From Chrysomallon squamiferum (lineage: Eukaryota; Animalia; Mollusca): a DNA stretch of 64,000 nt. Shown here in pieces: positions 35,901-50,193 of the stretch. Location: assembly GCA_012295275.1 (NCBI GenBank), contig CM022679.1:18724001-18788000 (forward strand). Reading direction: 5' to 3'. Each line of letters begins with the position of its first letter. The stretch's first letter is position 1. Position numbers and translations under genes: made by a program. Under the pieces are notes generated by a model. It was not told where the DNA came from. It searched no databases and worked only from the letters and a program-made list of their open reading frames with translations.

Positions 35901-38900
35901 TGCTGTCATTTAGTTTCTTTGTTATTATATTAATAAGCCTATTTTCAAAACAAAATTGAAATGCAGACTTTGAAAAGAAGCCTTTTGTGATTTTATTTTA
36001 TTTCTAAATAAATAGAGCATCAAAATTTCAGTTTTGTTTTAAAATTTATCTTTCGTTAAAACTTGGATTTATAAAGATCCATATTACATTCTTTTGTTTG
36101 AATTACTGATATGTAATAAATATGCTTACAAAATTTTAATATATTTTTGATGTGGTTGATTATATTATATTAAGCTTTAAAACATAGAATACTGCAAGTT
36201 ACTGTGTGTCATGTTTTTATCAATAACATTTATTTGTTTATAATTTTTTAATGTCATCAGAACTGACTTAAGTCATCAGTATGAAACAAAAGCTGAAGCT
36301 ATAGAACTAAAACAATTAGAAGTGATGCGACTCAGTCAAGACTATGAAAACCAAATGAGACTAAAAGAGGTATGTTTAATAAAGTAAATCTTAATGCACT
36401 ATATTATAAAACATTTCTGTTGTGAAAACAACACTATGGTAAAAATATGCATTTTGTAATATCTTGTATTTTGGGTATATATTTTTTTTAAATGTTTTAA
36501 ATAATGCTATCCCAAATCAAATGTAAACTTATTTTATGGAGCATGGAATTTTAAACAACAGTACTGTAATGCTAACATAGTGAATAAAAAGTGAAACAAT
36601 GATAAAGACGTGGAAACAATGTTTGCAAGTGTCATTACATTATACAGTAAATATGTAGGCAACCCTTGAAATTTGTGGCAGCAGTTGGAAATACCAACAA
36701 AAATGTTGTAGCAAAATTGATCTGCAAATTCATTAAAATGTTATTGCAAACTGAACTAGATAATTATCCTGTAAGAATAATCAAATGTTTCTGCTTAGTC
36801 ATCTCTTACACTGGCTGACATTTTTTTTTCTCAAAAATTGCCTTTACAATACTATTGCAAAATTAATTTAACTGCTATTAGAAAATTTACTGAATGTGGA
36901 AGGTGCAGATGGTTACTATATAATCTTTTAATGAAACCTTCTAAATTAGCAAACTGAATGGATGGCAACAGTGTTATAATATTATACATAATATTCTTTG
37001 AAGATTTTTATTTTGTCATACTGAGTTGATCAATGTCACAGTCCATTTACAGTCACTAATAATTAAATAATGAGTGATTATAGATAAAAAATATATGCAC
37101 ATTTTATCAAAAATGTTTGTGGAATGAATATAGTTTTATATTTTAATTTTTGTTTCCTTCATATTAGGAAGAAAAATTTCAACTAATGAAAGAACTTGGA
37201 GAAATAGCAATAGCACTCAATATGGAAGCACAGAAAGGCAGAGTTCAGTTATTTGAAGTTAAAAAGTAAATGCTTATTTAAGTACAATTTAATTTTTTGT
37301 ACAAACAATTTTATGATTGATACCTTTTAATTTATTACATGTCATGATTTCATTACATCAGTAAAGTTTGAAAGTTGTAATTAGCTGCTTAAAAGCATCA
37401 ACTGTTTTTACCAAAGAACATTCTGGCCTTCCCATATCTAGAATAAACAGCTTTAAATGATCGACTGAAGGGCAAATGTTTGGAATGTGAAATAACCCAG
37501 TAGATATACTGTAGATAAATAATCATATTCTACTAGTTTGGAATGGTTTTACTGCACTTCTTTGAAAATTTAGATCTTTTTAGAGATGTTATTTTTCAAT
37601 TCAGGAATCATTCTATGTGATTCCCATTTCTGTTGCTTATAACATGTTATAAAAGAAATAAACAAAACAAAATGTTTAGTTCTAATGAGCTAATCAGGAT
37701 AGTTCTTTTGAATAGATATTTAAATAATGTTTTATTTTCTATGTCAGTGAAATATAAATTCAAAATTAAGTTTTAAGATAATTGTTTGAAATTATATATT
37801 TTTATATTTCTGAATCTTGAAATAAGAAAAAGTGTGTATTAAATCTAAACACCACTTTACAGTGTTAATCACTGAATGATTTATGCTTACAGAGAGAATG
37901 AAAGAGATGAATCTCGGCGTATTAAAGAAGATTTAACACATGAGAAACAGTTAAATGAAAAACTTGCGTGAGTATTTGATGTCATAGGAATGTAATGTTT
38001 AACAAAATAAAAGGTAACAGCTGTAATTATAATTTTAATGGCAGTAGTTATTGTTATTTTCAAGTTTCATTCATAAAATAAGCAAAATAAAATAAATTTA
38101 AAGAGAGCACCAACAACACAAAAGTATTAGTTTTTTTTATTTACTGTTTTTCTTTTATATATATATATGTATATGTTCATGTAAATATTTGGTTTTAAAG
38201 TTAACATGTCCTGTAACTTGAATGCAGAATATATTTTATCTATATTTTGTTTGTAAGAGAAATCCTCGTATAAATTATCATCAAGAGTAAATTAATATTG
38301 AAACTATGTTTCATCACTTCCCTCACAAATAAAATATAATTACAGTGTTGACCACACAAAGTGGCTCAGATTGTCCTGATTATTAACAACACTGCTGAAT
38401 GGTTTTTATTAGAATTCCAGTGCCATACTAAATAGAATTAACTCTTGAGATCACAAATGGGGCATAGCAGTGGTTCATCTATACTGATTTAAAAAAGATT
38501 TCATTCAAATGTGTTTCTTGTGTGTAAAATCAGAAAAGCAAAAGCAGCATCTTTTATCCTGTGATACATTATTAAAGACAGTGGTGTAAAATATTAGTTT
38601 TTGCTCATAAACATATTGTAAATTTCTTACTGCAGGAGAAGTGACATAGAATCTAAAACAGCTTTACAGAATAAGAGACGACTAAGTGCAGATCTGTCTG
38701 TCACCAAATCACATCTGGATATCAAAAAACGAGATGGTTAGTAATCATATATTATTAAAATTCCTTGTTATTGTCATAGTAATAATACTCACTGCTATAA
38801 TTTTGAGAACTCTTTTAAAGATGTCTTTGGAGTAAAAATTATTCGATTAATTCCTCTTTAACAACAGTCCTTATAGTTGTAGATAAAATATAAATATACT

Positions 38901-41900
38901 TACATTCCCTTTAGTCAGTACCTTGACAGTAATTTTTTTTTTTTTTCTCAATGTTTCAGTTCATCAGTAACATTTATATCATGCATTTATTTAACTCAAC
39001 AATTTAGCTCCATTTTATTAACTCTTCTAATACTTATGTTTATTACATATCTCATACAATTATAATTTAAAAAAAGTAAAATTACATGCCAGTACAGAAA
39101 GCACTGATTATTACTAAAGCTACTTGTTATTAAATCAAAAATTCAGAATAGAATTTGTTCCATATGTTAATGATAATACACTAGACTATGTAATCAAGCT
39201 GGTTTAGATAGATGGTGATTAGAACAAATAACTGTCTATAAAACTTTCTTAAATTAAATATTGTTTTTGCTACAAGCGGAGTCCATAGTTTTGGACGTAC
39301 TTTATGCACAGATCTTGTACAGATTTTGGACAGATCTATTGTAGAATATTTTGGGTTGTGAAGATAACATTTTAAAGTAAATGTCTCTGCAGAACAGCGG
39401 CGGCTGACAGATACTCAGATTAGACTGGAAGATAATACGTCCACTCAGAGAAGTTTAAATAATGCAGCACTCTTTGCTGGGATGGATTTGAAAGCAAAAC
39501 AAATTGACCAGAGACTTGAGGTATACAAAATATATTGATCTTTGAAGTTTTTCTTTTTTCTTTTTCTTTCTTTTATCTTTTATTTTTTTCTTTTCTTCGA
39601 GAAAATCACACCCAAACTTACACAAGCACAGACCCCATCAGTTTATTTTTTTTGACTCTCATTTTGATTTGTACAAAAGGTAGGTGTCTAATATTCAGAG
39701 AAAACAAATCAATGTATTGTAAGAAGAGTTTTTATTTTATATCATCTAAGAGTTTAACTGGATTTTATATTTGAATAACTATTCATTATATAATTATTTG
39801 TATTTTATCTGGCAGAGTTGTTGCCCTTCAAACACAATTGAATTATAATGAAAATATGTCTTGTCACCATTTTCTAACTACTCTTTTTCAAATGATAAAC
39901 TATTAATTTATTAAATTGTAATAACAGCATCATAAAAGGATTATTTTATTTTATTTTTTTCATATTGGATTAAAAAAAAGATGAAGAAAATGTAAATTAA
40001 TACTGATGCCTAATGATGTTATTATTACATGAAATAATAAAAAGGAAGACTTATGAATAACATTGTATCAGTGTGTTATTATATATAGGACAGGTTGAGA
40101 ATCACTTATCTGGAATACTTGGGACCGGAAGTGTTTCAGATTACAGAATATTTCAGATTTTGGAATATAATAGGATCTAATATATTTTATATATGGTTTA
40201 TACAGATAACCAGTAGAATCTTTTATATAATATTTTAAATAATTTTGTGCTTAAATAAAGTTTGAATATGTGATAAAATCGGAAAACTTCACTGTTTCCA
40301 TTGCTCTGAAAAAACATCAGATTTCAGAATTTTGGATAAGTGATCCAGAAAAAAAATAATGTCTCCCTGTATAACTGAAATAATTATCATAGGATTTGTG
40401 ACAGTTTAATATTTCTAAAAAATACACTGTTCAGAGGATTTCAGATTTTAATAAATGAATATATATAATAGAAAAATAAACAATTGTTATTATTAATACA
40501 TTTTACCTGAAATATGTTTGACTAATTCAGTTAATTTATATATTTAGGCTCATAACGCAAGACGTGTAAACCAGCTTCACAATCATATGAAGATGAAGAA
40601 AGATCGAGAGGAATCCCAGCAGTCTGTGTGGGAAGAACGTTTCAAGAAACGTTTCCAAGAACAGCAGATACGTGAACACGAAGACACAATCAAATTCTTT
40701 TCTGTAAGTAATACTTGTAATTATTCACAGTGACAAAGATTATTCCAGCTGCTCTGGTTGCTAGAGTTGTATCCCCAGAAACATGGCCCTGAGTAAAAAC
40801 TTTGCCTGTGTCAGATCTGTTTGGTGTCACAGGGAGAAGAACTTGGGGATATCTGTGAGCTGATGGGTAATCAGAAAGATGTGCATTACAGATGTTATGT
40901 AAAAAAGACTTGGGTGAAAACTTTATTTTAAAACTGTACAAATAAATATTTACTCCTGGAAAGAAAGTGAAATGGCTGTAGAAGACTATCAGTTATAATT
41001 TAGCTAAAAAAATAGATTATAAGGAATATAATTGTGTGTGATGGATGTTGCATTTTGTCCACTGCTATAAAATGAAGTTCTGTGTTCATAGGAAGAAATA
41101 TCAAAATTTTGTCTTCTTTGGATTGAACTAGCTTTGTGCATAATGGTCACTTCCTAAATCCCATCCAGGACATGGATTAGCTGTTATTTCATCATATTAT
41201 ATCAGACAAATGAATTTCTCCCTCATGTGTCAAAATGAAGTGGCTATAGTGACCATCCTCAATAACTTATGCGACAACTTACAGTATCCACTTTTTCCTG
41301 TGGTGGAGATTACAGTGTTCTTTCCTCTCTCAAATACAAATCACATAATTTCTGACTGACTTTTCCTTGGCTGGTATGAGAATTAGAAAGAGCAAGATTA
41401 TATCCCTTCAGATTTTCTTCTCACATAAACGTTTAGATATTTTTGTGACAGACCTTACATGGACTTAATATATTACTTTAAATCAAATTTTTAGCGATCT
41501 ACTTTCGAAAAATATTTTAAGCTTCCATAGTCTTTAAATCGATGCTGTTGACATTACAAATGGAGCAGAATGAAGTATCAAATCAGTTTGATATAAATGA
41601 TTTCTGAGTCTTAATATTCCTATTTTGGGGTAGTTTGTAGCCTTGAAATTATGTGAGACATATTGATGTCAGAACAATCAAGAAAAAAATATGAGTCAAC
41701 ATGAGCATTTTGTGAATTTTAAACCTTGGTATAATGAAATAATGAAATTTATTTTTTCCCTTCTTGTCCGTAGAAGTCAGGCTTATGTTCACATACATAT
41801 ACACACTAGAACTTTTATCATTAAAGATAAATCAAAGTTTTCTGTTTTAAAATGTCATGAAAATGTATGAATAACTAAAAACTAATTTTCACAGCTTTTA

Positions 41901-44900
41901 TAATTCATCAGTATTTTATTCCATTACATCTGAGTTATGCAGGTAGTATTTTCTTTTGGTTTAATTTCTTTCTCTGCAGAGTCTTAATGAACTTGGACTG
42001 TTATAAATTGCTGGACTTTTTCTTTTCTTGTAAATATTTGTTATTTAATTTATTTGCACCACTGCTGGTTTGACACAGGTTTAGGATATTTAACAAGACT
42101 TGAATTCATTTTTGTCTTCATAGCACACTGTCATAATTTAAAAAAAAAAAAAGTATTTTAATTATTTTTTTATTTTTTATTTTAATTATTAAAATAATAA
42201 TAATAATCATAATGTAGTGAAAGAGATAAAACAAGCATTTAATTAAAAAAAAAAATTCTTTTTGGTTTAGATTTTGATTAGAAAAAAGAGAATAAAGACA
42301 AAAGTTTTAAAAATAAAACACTAGCTTTCAAAACATGGGAGTTCCTTTTTTACATGAGTGCTAAAGAAATTAACTGTTACCTATTTATTATTGTATACTC
42401 TAATTGTACATAATAACCATTCTTTAACAAATCACATAATCAGATGTTATATGCTGGTAGAAGAAGGACTGTTCTTCAGACTAAGGATTTCTTCAAATTC
42501 ACTCTCAGGATAAACTAACTTTTAACAAGCAGATTATAAATCAGAGTTTAAGTAAAGTTTATTAGTGCATAGCACAGAAGATTATCAGGCATATGTAGTG
42601 ATTTTAATCATTATCAAAACAGAAAAGACTTTATAGAGAAAAGCATTTTAGAAATCATAAATAATATTTGCTAATACGTTTAGATCCAGAAACTTAATGT
42701 TACTTGTCCAGTTCAATATTTACAGATAAAAAAACATTTACTTCATTGAGTTGGCATTTTTTGGCAAATGACAGTCCTGTTTAGGGTTATTATTACAAAA
42801 TTTCTTCTGTACAAACCTGTTTACTGATTTGACAGTTAGAAAATAAGTCCCGGTGGTCTGGTTATTGCTAAATATCTCAAGGATAGATGAGGCAGATTAG
42901 ATAATTATAGTAAGGAGTGATTTTACAAGATAATTTGACTGTCATTGTAGTCTACAGATTGTTCACTACATGATAACACTATAGGCTATTCACAAGGCCT
43001 CCTATGATTATGAAAAGTTGGATTCTGACTTCAAAATGATTTAAAATTCAGCGTATACGGGTTTTACGGTTTGCTTAATTTAAATTTAGGTGAAAGCAAG
43101 TAATATGGGCAACAGCTAGTTCAAAATTAAAATTATTTATGGTCAAAATAGCCAAATTTTGTCGTTTGAAACTTTTCATATTTTAACATAAATCACAGAA
43201 ATGTACTTTGTTATGTAAAAAATATAAATAATATATGCTGATATCATTATATGTATTTGATTAAAAAAAAATTTTAAAATTTTTTTAAATTAAATTAAAA
43301 TTAAAAAACCATGTACACAGGAAGTGGTTAAAATTGGACATGATCCACACAACACAAAGTTGATATGCTTTTTTATTTTGTTTTAATTTTCAAATACCTT
43401 TTCTTGTTTATTGTAAATCAGACTGTTATCAAATGCACTAAATGCACTGGTGATGTTAAACACAAATATACATAACTTATACATAAGTTACAGCTGTTTT
43501 AATTAGTGACTTCAGTTGTATGCAAAATGTATTTAAATACTCCATTTATTTTAGAAAATGGTTAGTAAAGGAGAAGAGTTAGAACAGAATTTGTACAACA
43601 AAGTACGAAATGCAGAATATGCACGACAGCAACAAGAACAAACTGTACGACGCATGCAACAAACATTGGCTGAATCAAGAAGAATTAACAACATAAAGCT
43701 TAAACAAGAAATTGTTGAAAGGCGTAAACAAGAAAAGGAAATTGAACAACGATTACTCAAGGAAAAGGCCGAACTTGATAAGGTAAGAGAATTTATTTCT
43801 GGAATGTCATACAAATTCACTGAAAAAAAAACCAAAAGTGGTAATGAAATAAATTGTTACAGTAAATGTAATTAAGTTAATGAGAAAAGTCAGTCATTTC
43901 AAATCTGCTTCAAAAACTAAATAATAAAAGGTAGTTTTCAGTATTTTGAAGTGTATCTTTGGAAAATGTCATTCAGCATATATCTTTAAGATCTATTATT
44001 TTATACTTACTATTAGCAAAGACTGGTTGCTTAATGCAAATTAACAATATCAGACCACCTTGTTATCATTCCGTCCTTATGATTTAGTTGAATTATTTAT
44101 TTTTTGTTTGGTTCATATAGTTCATACATGTAATGGTTTTAATAAAAACATTATTTATATATGATATAGCTGAACCAGAAATGATTGATAATCAGAAAGT
44201 CAGAGAAAAAAAGAAGCAGCATTTGTTTAAAAGAACTACTGGAAGTGCATTTTCAACACTTCACTCCACACTAACTGTATGGTTAACTGTTAATCTGAGA
44301 GCATACAATCACACAATATTGGCTTTCTCAACCTCATGTGGTGCTTCTTACAAATATTGAGTTAGACACTTGGGTTCAATCTTTTTCTGTTTTTTTTAAA
44401 ATAATTTTCAAGTTGTAAAGGAATGCTGCATAAAGTATGAAGGATATCCACTAGCAAGTTCATTGATAACTGAGGCAATACAAAAGGTTAATTGTCATCA
44501 ACAAACTTTAAGGTCATAAAACTCAAATTTAGTGTTTGTGTTTGGTTTATATCATGCTGTAGTGGCCTGTTTATAAATCTGATTAAAAGTTGAAAAGGAC
44601 TTTTCTATTAAAAAGGATATATCCTTTTTATGCTGAATGCTTCTCAAAGTATTGGGGCTTGACTGAAAACAGAAAACAAATGTTAATTTATGCTCAAGAT
44701 GTTAGATCTGAATCAGCTTGAGTATTCCATTTTGTTTAATAAATATTGTATCTGCTAAAGAAAGAACATGTTTCAAGCAGCTGTTTAAAGTCTGTTAACA
44801 TTTTCATTCCAGTATGATAAAAGAGGCATATTTGAAAGAGTGTTTTTAAAATGAATTCATTTTCATAGCATTTAGATGTTTTCCAGTGTAGCCATTCCTT

Positions 44901-46716
44901 TTTTTTCCTTTTTTCCTCAGATTTATAACTTCATTAATTCTTTTTCAGTGATAAAATGGATGAAGTATATATTATAATTTCATGTTATTAATTGTTTTCA
45001 AATTTGTACAGTTCGTTTTTGCAATACTTAACTGTAAATACAGAGCAGATACTACATTTATATATTTTCATATAAAGAATCAACAAAATGAATATGGAAT
45101 GACTTTTTAACTTAAAAGATGCAAATTCATTTTATATTCATAAAATTTCAGCAAATGATTTTCTTTGTGAGACAGCCTTGTATTAATATTAATCTGCCCT
45201 ATCTGTGTATATTGATTTTATGATAGACTATTGTTTAACACTGATATATTCATTCAGTAATTGTCAGTTTTAATGTAGTTTCATTTTATCTGCCTTCTGG
45301 TTTTATTGATGCTGTTTCCTGCACCTCTTGTTATATGAGAACATTTGATATATTTCCATTTCAGTTATATAACAAAACATAACCAAGCAATATTTTGAGA
45401 TAAATAGCTCTTACAAAATGAACACATTGTTTGGTGAAACACACATATTGAAATCATCTATGTACAGTGTGTGTGGCCATGGTATGTCTTTTCTGTCACG
45501 AGGGATATCACAACTTAGTCATATATTGCTAACACAAGAACACACTGTTACCAAATATGTTACGGATGAAGAGTTTTAGGAATCATGCTATCCCTATGAT
45601 TTCTTGAATGCATAACATTACAGTGAGCTAAGTCTGATCCAATAATAATAATGTTAATTTAATAATAATTTATAATTAATAAATTAATCAAAAAGCAATT
45701 TGTTTTCTATAATATATTTACAAATAAAGATTTAAAACTTGTTTCCACCAAGTTTTAATTTTAAGCTAAACAAAAAGATTACCATTTACGATTTACTTAA
45801 AAATAGTACAAGATGTAAGATATTACATATTAATTCCATTCCTGTACAGTTTGTTTTTCAGTGAAGAGTATCAGTAAAATGTCATTTGAATATAAATATT
45901 AATATTCGTATTGTGGCACATATTCTTATTTTGCAGTGAGTTCTTTTGTTGTTGTTTTTTGGTTTTATATATAAAATATCTCTTATTGATAAAATTATTT
46001 TTTGGTGAAATGCCTTCTCGTGCACAGCAGCATTATTGATCTTTGTATTTTTATCACAGATGACTTGAAACATCATTATATTAAAGTTAAATAAGATTTT
46101 AAAAAGTTCTAAATAAATAATAAAAAAATATGTATATATTAGTGGATCAAACTGTTTAATCTGTTCATTATAAAATTTATGCTGAAGCTGTATGCTGACA
46201 AGACCAGTGTTACAGTTTTCACTTCTAAACATAACTCAAAGGATAATGATGCCATATCAGTTGCTGTGGGTGATGCCTCCATAACTTCCATATGTTTGAT
46301 TCTAATATGACAATGGAGCAACAGGTGAATATAATTTGTCAGTCAAGCTGTGATCAGCTATTTAACATTTGTAGAATCAGGCAGTTTGTGGAACTCACTC
46401 ACAAATGACATCAAGGAAGCTGAAACTATAACTACATTTAAAAATTACTAAAGATTCATTTCTTTCAAATCCACTTTGTTGATTATAGTTTTATTTCTCC
46501 AATTTTAAAATGTCAAGCTAGTCCATTAATTATTTTTTAATGTTTTAATATATTTATATCCGTGTCATTTTATATTTTAGTCCAATAGTTTATTAGTTTA
46601 TATACTGTAAAGCGCCACTGAACTTAGTTTTGAAAAGGTGCTATATAAATGTGGTAATAAACATATATTTTTTTTATTTTTTAGTTTTATTATTTTCATT
46701 ATTATTATTATCATTA

Positions 46717-46776
<60 letters not shown>

Positions 46777-49700
46777 TAAACAAAATCTGTGGTAAAGACA
46801 TCAAAGAAAACAGTAACTAACTGGAAAACGATAGTAATCATTATTTTAAGCCTGCACACCATAATGAGTACAGTAACATGATGTGCCTAATATTGTCAGG
46901 TCCTCTTGTGATATGAGCAGACTTTGCTGTAATTATCTCATTGTTTTATTCCTGGATAATTAAGTAGTCATCACAGGAACAGTATACCCTATTTATAACA
47001 ACAGTAATCACCACTAACAGAGATTGGTTGTCAGTTTTCAGCAGTGGTTAAATCTGAAGATTGGTCATAAATGTGCCAGAACTATTTTTGGGCAGCAGAC
47101 CAAAGCAAATTGATTATTATTTAGATAATACTGGTATAGACCATTTTCTGCTTGATAGTGAGGCAGATATGTAACAAAAGGCAGCTGATAGGTTCTCTGG
47201 TGAAAGTATGAAACTTAGAATATAAAGAATTTAAGATAAGTTAATTCCATAAAAATGGACTGTCAAGTTCAAATAGTGAATATGACTTTGTAATCTGCAA
47301 AATTCCAGACTACCTTGAAGTGTCCTCAAAGATTTTTATCAGTATTTTTATCAAATTAAAATATTTTGATTTCTTAATTAATAAAAAAAAAAAAAGTAAT
47401 GAAAGCAATTTTTTCTTTTATGGATGAAGAAATTTTATATATCCTTTTGGGAAACTGCATTCACTGAAGTTCAGATGGGATGTTATGATATCTGTTAATA
47501 ATATTAAACTTACTAATATTATAACTGAGTTCATTCAGTGGACTCTATACCCAATTTGCCAAAGCAAATATCAGTATTTACTAGATGATACATACAAGTT
47601 CATACAGTAACATTTTTTTCTCAAAAGAATTATAGCAGTTTTTATCTGACAGATGACAATTATTATGTGAAAATTTATGTCAGACATTAAATTAATCTCT
47701 GTAACATCTGACAGTTAGAAAAAAGATCTATGGGGAATAGATGAGTAGCATTATATTTTATTTATGTCCCTAGATAATAGGCTGCCACTATATATACCAT
47801 ACAAACATGAATCTGGTTGTGAGTGTTTTTCAACATAAATAATTAGGTGAGAGGCTTTGATGAATATTGCATGAACATTTTTCTTCTTATTCTTCATATA
47901 AAGTTCTAACAGATGTCCATGAATGAATATATTAGTGACAGCTGTCTTGAAATTATTATTAAAGTGTATCTTCATTGATATAAAATAATAGTTTTAATTA
48001 ATAAACATGCATAACAACAAAAGAATAGAGTTTTAAAATGTCTGAACAAAAATATTCCATGTTAATAATATCTTTGATATTTTTCTCTTTTTTTTTTCCC
48101 CCAGATATCTCTATAATATATACAAATATTTGTTTGCATAGGATACTATATGATACTATTTCATGTTGAAATTTGATTTGAAAGTACAGTCCTTATTAAA
48201 TAATAAATTGCTCTTCCTTGTTTCTATATCTCATTATAACACAAAACATTCAGCTAACAGAGAGAGAGCACTTAAAATATTTTTATCTAAAAAATAACAA
48301 AACAGCAAGTTTTAGGTTACAGAAATACAGAAATAGATACATAACAGTAAAAAATCAGTTTTGTAAAAGGATATTTTCAGCGTGGGTGGGATGGATGTCC
48401 ATTATTAAAGAAAATATTGTTGGAAATATTGTAGATAAAGTAATGTCTTAAGTGGCAATTACACATCTTTTCAATTTCTTTAAAATGTTACTGAGCTGAG
48501 GATTCTTCAATAGTAGCATTAAATGCATTATTTTTTAATATATTTTATAAGACTCCTTTTATACTGATTTTAATTCTTATCCATTCTGAGATCAAGAATA
48601 ATAATATGCTTATAAGTTAACTTTACCCTTCAGTATATATTCACATAATTATAAACATACATCAAAGTGTAAAATCCAAACATTAAGAACCTCTTTATCT
48701 ATTACAAAATATTAAAAACACCAAATTATGTAGTTTTCAGGCATTTTTTATTGTAAGAATTCATCTTTTATTAAGGTTCAAAAGAGACAATGAGTACTTC
48801 ATTATTTCTGTTACTAAAATTACTGTATGTTGGCAATGCATAATTTTTTTTTAAAAAGCAAAGAATAAAAATCTAATTTATTTATCAGTCATCAAAATGG
48901 TAAACTGTTTTGTTTTTTCTTGAGCTTAGGAAAAATCTAAATTCAGAACTGAAGCTCAGACTTTATTACCATAAATACTGTTTGGTAAGTTTTATAAACA
49001 AAGAATTTGTAGTGTGTTGAAAAGAAAGTGAAATATTTTGTATAAATCAAATAAGTCTATGACATTGTTTTATACTTTTGGCGTCTATCAGAGGATGTTT
49101 TTCCAAATATTATTCTTACAGAACAACATTAGTTAAGATTGTTAATGTTAGACGGCTCCAGCTTGTTGGCTTACCCACTAATCAGCTAGTGAATCTTCAC
49201 TTAAGTTTTCTTCTCCAGTTTTAGTGCATGTATTTGATATATATTGAAAAATGTCCATTAATGTGAATTAATAAAAAGGACTTGATTTGGAAAATGTGTA
49301 TGATACGATTTTATTTTTGGTCTGGTATATTTTAAAAAAGGAATCTGCATAAAATCTGTCTGACTGAAACATCTTTGCTTTTTTGATGGATAACTGTTGT
49401 ATTTTGTGTACAGCCTGTGGGTGGTGTTCAAAGATTTTAACCCCCTCCTTCAATTTCCAAGTTTTCCTACTTTGCTTGTAAAGTGCCCTGTTGTAGTTGA
49501 CCTTTTGTTTATAGAACAAGGCAAGTAAAACTGGCAACCCAATCCTTGATCTGTGACTTCAAAGAAGTTAAATATGTTTTGTTTTTTCATATAGTCTATA
49601 CTGCCTTCACCTTTTCATGCCTGTGGTTTTGTTTCAGTATATTATGCTAGTACTATGTATTAGAAATGTTTTTCTTGAATGTCAGGTTTTTTTTAGTTGA

Positions 49701-50193
49701 TATATTAATTCATAAAAAAACCACAGAACAACAAATTAGAAAAAAAAACAAAGATGTAATTTTAATAATAAATATTAATAGTAATTTTTCTATACCTTTC
49801 CTTTATATCAGGTTATCAAAAAAAATCCATTTCAGTGCAGGTGGCAATGTGAATATAGTTAATTAATAATAATTGTATGCATCTGTTGATAAAGTGTTAG
49901 TCCTGTTATTTTTAACTTACTTTGAAATATGGTCAAATTATTCTTTTTAGTTCTTGATGTTTTTTTTTTTTTTGTTGTATTTTATTTTATTTTATTTTAT
50001 TTTATTTTATTTTATTTTATTTTATTGTTTTTAGGTTCATGCCCAACGTGAAGAGAGTTATATTCGACTGCAGAACCATCGTCGCCAACTGCAAGAAGAC
50101 AAATATCTACTTGAAGAACATCAACGAGAACATGACCGGCTTCTACGTATTGGAGCCAAAACAGACAACAGTGTTTCAGAAATGACATCTTAA
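32923..50193 (+). CDS. Uncharacterised 563-aa charged coiled-coil protein
   Basis: Thirteen exons: 32923-33080, 33813-34005, 34373-34481, 35333-35430, 35661-35740, 36261-36369, 37168-37265, 37893-37967, 38636-38736, 39393-39520, 40548-40703, 43555-43782, 50035-50193. Total 1692 nt. All junctions are GT-AG with matching phases, giving one continuous ORF (MVLTDLPFKKSSVIHGRYNLIRRPDSAPPG...EHDRLLRIGAKTDNSVSEMTS*) rich in E/K/R/Q. Confidence 0.9.
40091..40369. mobile_element. Tigger/pogo-type MITE resembling Tigger4 (Zombi)
   Basis: Left end CAGGTTGAGAATCACTTATCTGGAAT. The right end ATTTTGGATAAGTGATC...CCTG|TA is its inverted counterpart. The left ~75 bp closely resemble my recollection of the Tigger4 terminus. 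Confidence 0.65.
46699..46776. repeat. (ATT)n microsatellite
   Basis: Read directly from the sequence. Confidence 0.95.
49979..50026. repeat. (ATTTT)n microsatellite next to the last acceptor of the coiled-coil gene
   Basis: Read directly from the sequence. Confidence 0.95.

Noticed and set aside
43783-50034. Nested gene in the 6.2-kb intron
   Set aside because: The ORFs are AT-rich with no coherent exon chain or known motifs.
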